Below are positions 9,581 through 10,363 of a stretch of 10,363 nucleotides of DNA, piece by piece (within the stretch, counting starts at the first letter, position 1; each line of letters begins with the position of its first letter). The DNA lies in contig NW_021827451.1 in assembly GCF_006345805.1 (NCBI RefSeq), positions 1 to 10,363 on the forward strand, in the 5' to 3' direction. The stretch is from Octopus sinensis. Taxonomy: Eukaryota. The notes beneath the pieces were generated by a model, which worked only from the letters and a program-made list of their open reading frames with translations, ran no database searches and was not told the origin of the DNA. Position numbers and translations under genes: made by a program.

Positions 9581-9657
9581 GGGCATATGGCGTAGTGGTT
9601 AAGAGCGCGGGTTGCTAACTCTAAGATTCCTAGTTCGATTCCAAGCAGTGACCTGAA
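9581..9657 (+). ncRNA. tRNA-derived Pol III head with intact A and B boxes (SINE-like head, not a functional tRNA)
   Basis: A box TGGCGTAGTGG (9588-98) fits TRGCNNAGYGG. B box GTTCGATTCC (9633-42). Spacing is tRNA-like. No clean 7-bp acceptor stem was found, and the head is followed by microsatellite rather than a unique flank. Confidence 0.85.
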
Positions 9658-9658
9658 A

Positions 9659-9721
9659 AATAATAATAATTATTATTATTTTTTTTTTATCATTATTATT
9701 ATTATTATTATTATTATATTA

Positions 9722-9752
<31 letters not shown>
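9659..9752. repeat. (AAT)n switching to (ATT)n: right-arm spacer
   Basis: Directly visible; 9659-9680 is a perfect 22-nt palindrome at the switch. Confidence 0.93.
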
Positions 9753-9800
9753 ACATCAAAAAACCTTAGGAATGAGAACCCAGGTTCGAAATTTCCCCAA

Positions 9801-9846
9801 GACACCCGAAGAAGGCTGGAGGATATATTAGCCGAAACGTTGTGTT
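9801..9846 (+). ncRNA. Minimal type I hammerhead ribozyme (family A, right arm), U4->C core variant
   Basis: GACAC(9801-05)-CCGAAGA(9806-12)-A-GGCT(9814-17)-loop-AGCC(9830-33)-GAAA(9834-37)-CGTT(9838-41)-GTGTT(9842-46). Stem I is fully paired (5 bp including one G-U). The core has C at 9807 where the left arm has the conserved U. Confidence 0.75.
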
Positions 9847-10363
9847 AACAACAAACAAGATGAGGATAAATATCCGTCCAATGTAAATAATGTACATAAT
9901 TGCTCATCTCTTAAATATAGAACTGTAAAAGCAAAGTATACGAAATATTAGCCATTTTCATACTTTCTAGGATAAAGGAAGTAGGAAATAACAGTTGCTA
10001 CCCAAGGACAAAAATCGTGTTACATATTGTAACATAAATTCTAGACATAAATAAAAGATCATAGCTGAAATAATATTGAACATAGGTACAGTCACTGAGA
10101 GTTGATCTGGGGTAAAACAACAACATAACCAGACTGTCGCAATGCAGCCCATACTAATTACTTCTGAATTCCAGGATGAGGTCAGATGGAGAGATGGTAT
10201 ATGTAGGAAGATAGACCTATGATAATTACTTAGCCTTTTAGACATCTACAACTGTACCATGGAATGGACGGGTGGCTGGATAGGGGCTGACCTGGGGGCT
10301 TTATAGCAACACCAACAAAAATAATATGTATAGGCGCCACGAGTTCTGTTACCAACGGTAACT

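Larger units (their letters stand above)
8111..9924. mobile_element. Fold-back composite non-autonomous element: inverted HHR-containing arms, microsatellite spacers and head-to-head tRNA-like heads, interrupted by an R4 insertion
   Basis: 8111-8235 is the reverse complement of 9777-9901 (117/125, no gaps). The inner GATGTT/AACATC motifs mirror each other. TTCAGGT (9559-65) mirrors ACCTGAA (9651-57). The central palindrome is 9565-9594. The outer boundary at 9924 is approximate and rests on recall of the repeat's end. Confidence 0.8.

Noticed and set aside
9581-9657. Functional tRNA gene
   Set aside because: A and B boxes are intact, but no proper acceptor stem or anticodon arm could be drawn, and it is embedded in a composite repeat.
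8100-9919. TAAATATA at 8100-8107 and 9912-9919 as a target-site duplication of the fold-back element
   Set aside because: An 8-bp all-AT match, and the right copy seems to lie inside the element's tail rather than outside it.
9925-10363. ORF 9967..10245 (-) or a possible exon
   Set aside because: No recognisable domain, codon signal or supported splice structure.

Overview
Eukaryotic, gene-free, repeat-saturated window. The SINE families and microsatellite style suggest an Octopus genome; this is from recollection and was not checked. No intact host gene is supported, and nearly all ORF-track entries are microsatellite translations. From left to right the window holds: compound microsatellites; a decayed Penelope-like retroelement (RT + GIY-YIG, ~1340-3000, +); a hammerhead-ribozyme (HHR) motif at 4354-4408 with a diverged second copy near 6014-6048; an Hsmar1-like mariner fossil between those two copies (4574-5786); three tRNA-derived SINE copies (6638-7650); and a composite fold-back element (8111-9924). 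The fold-back element is the main find. It is built as HHR(-) / microsatellite / tRNA-like head(-) | tRNA-like head(+) / microsatellite / HHR(+), with 125-bp inverted arms matching at 117 of 125 positions. A 5'-truncated R4/Dong-type non-LTR retrotransposon has inserted into the (TAA)n spacer of its left arm.
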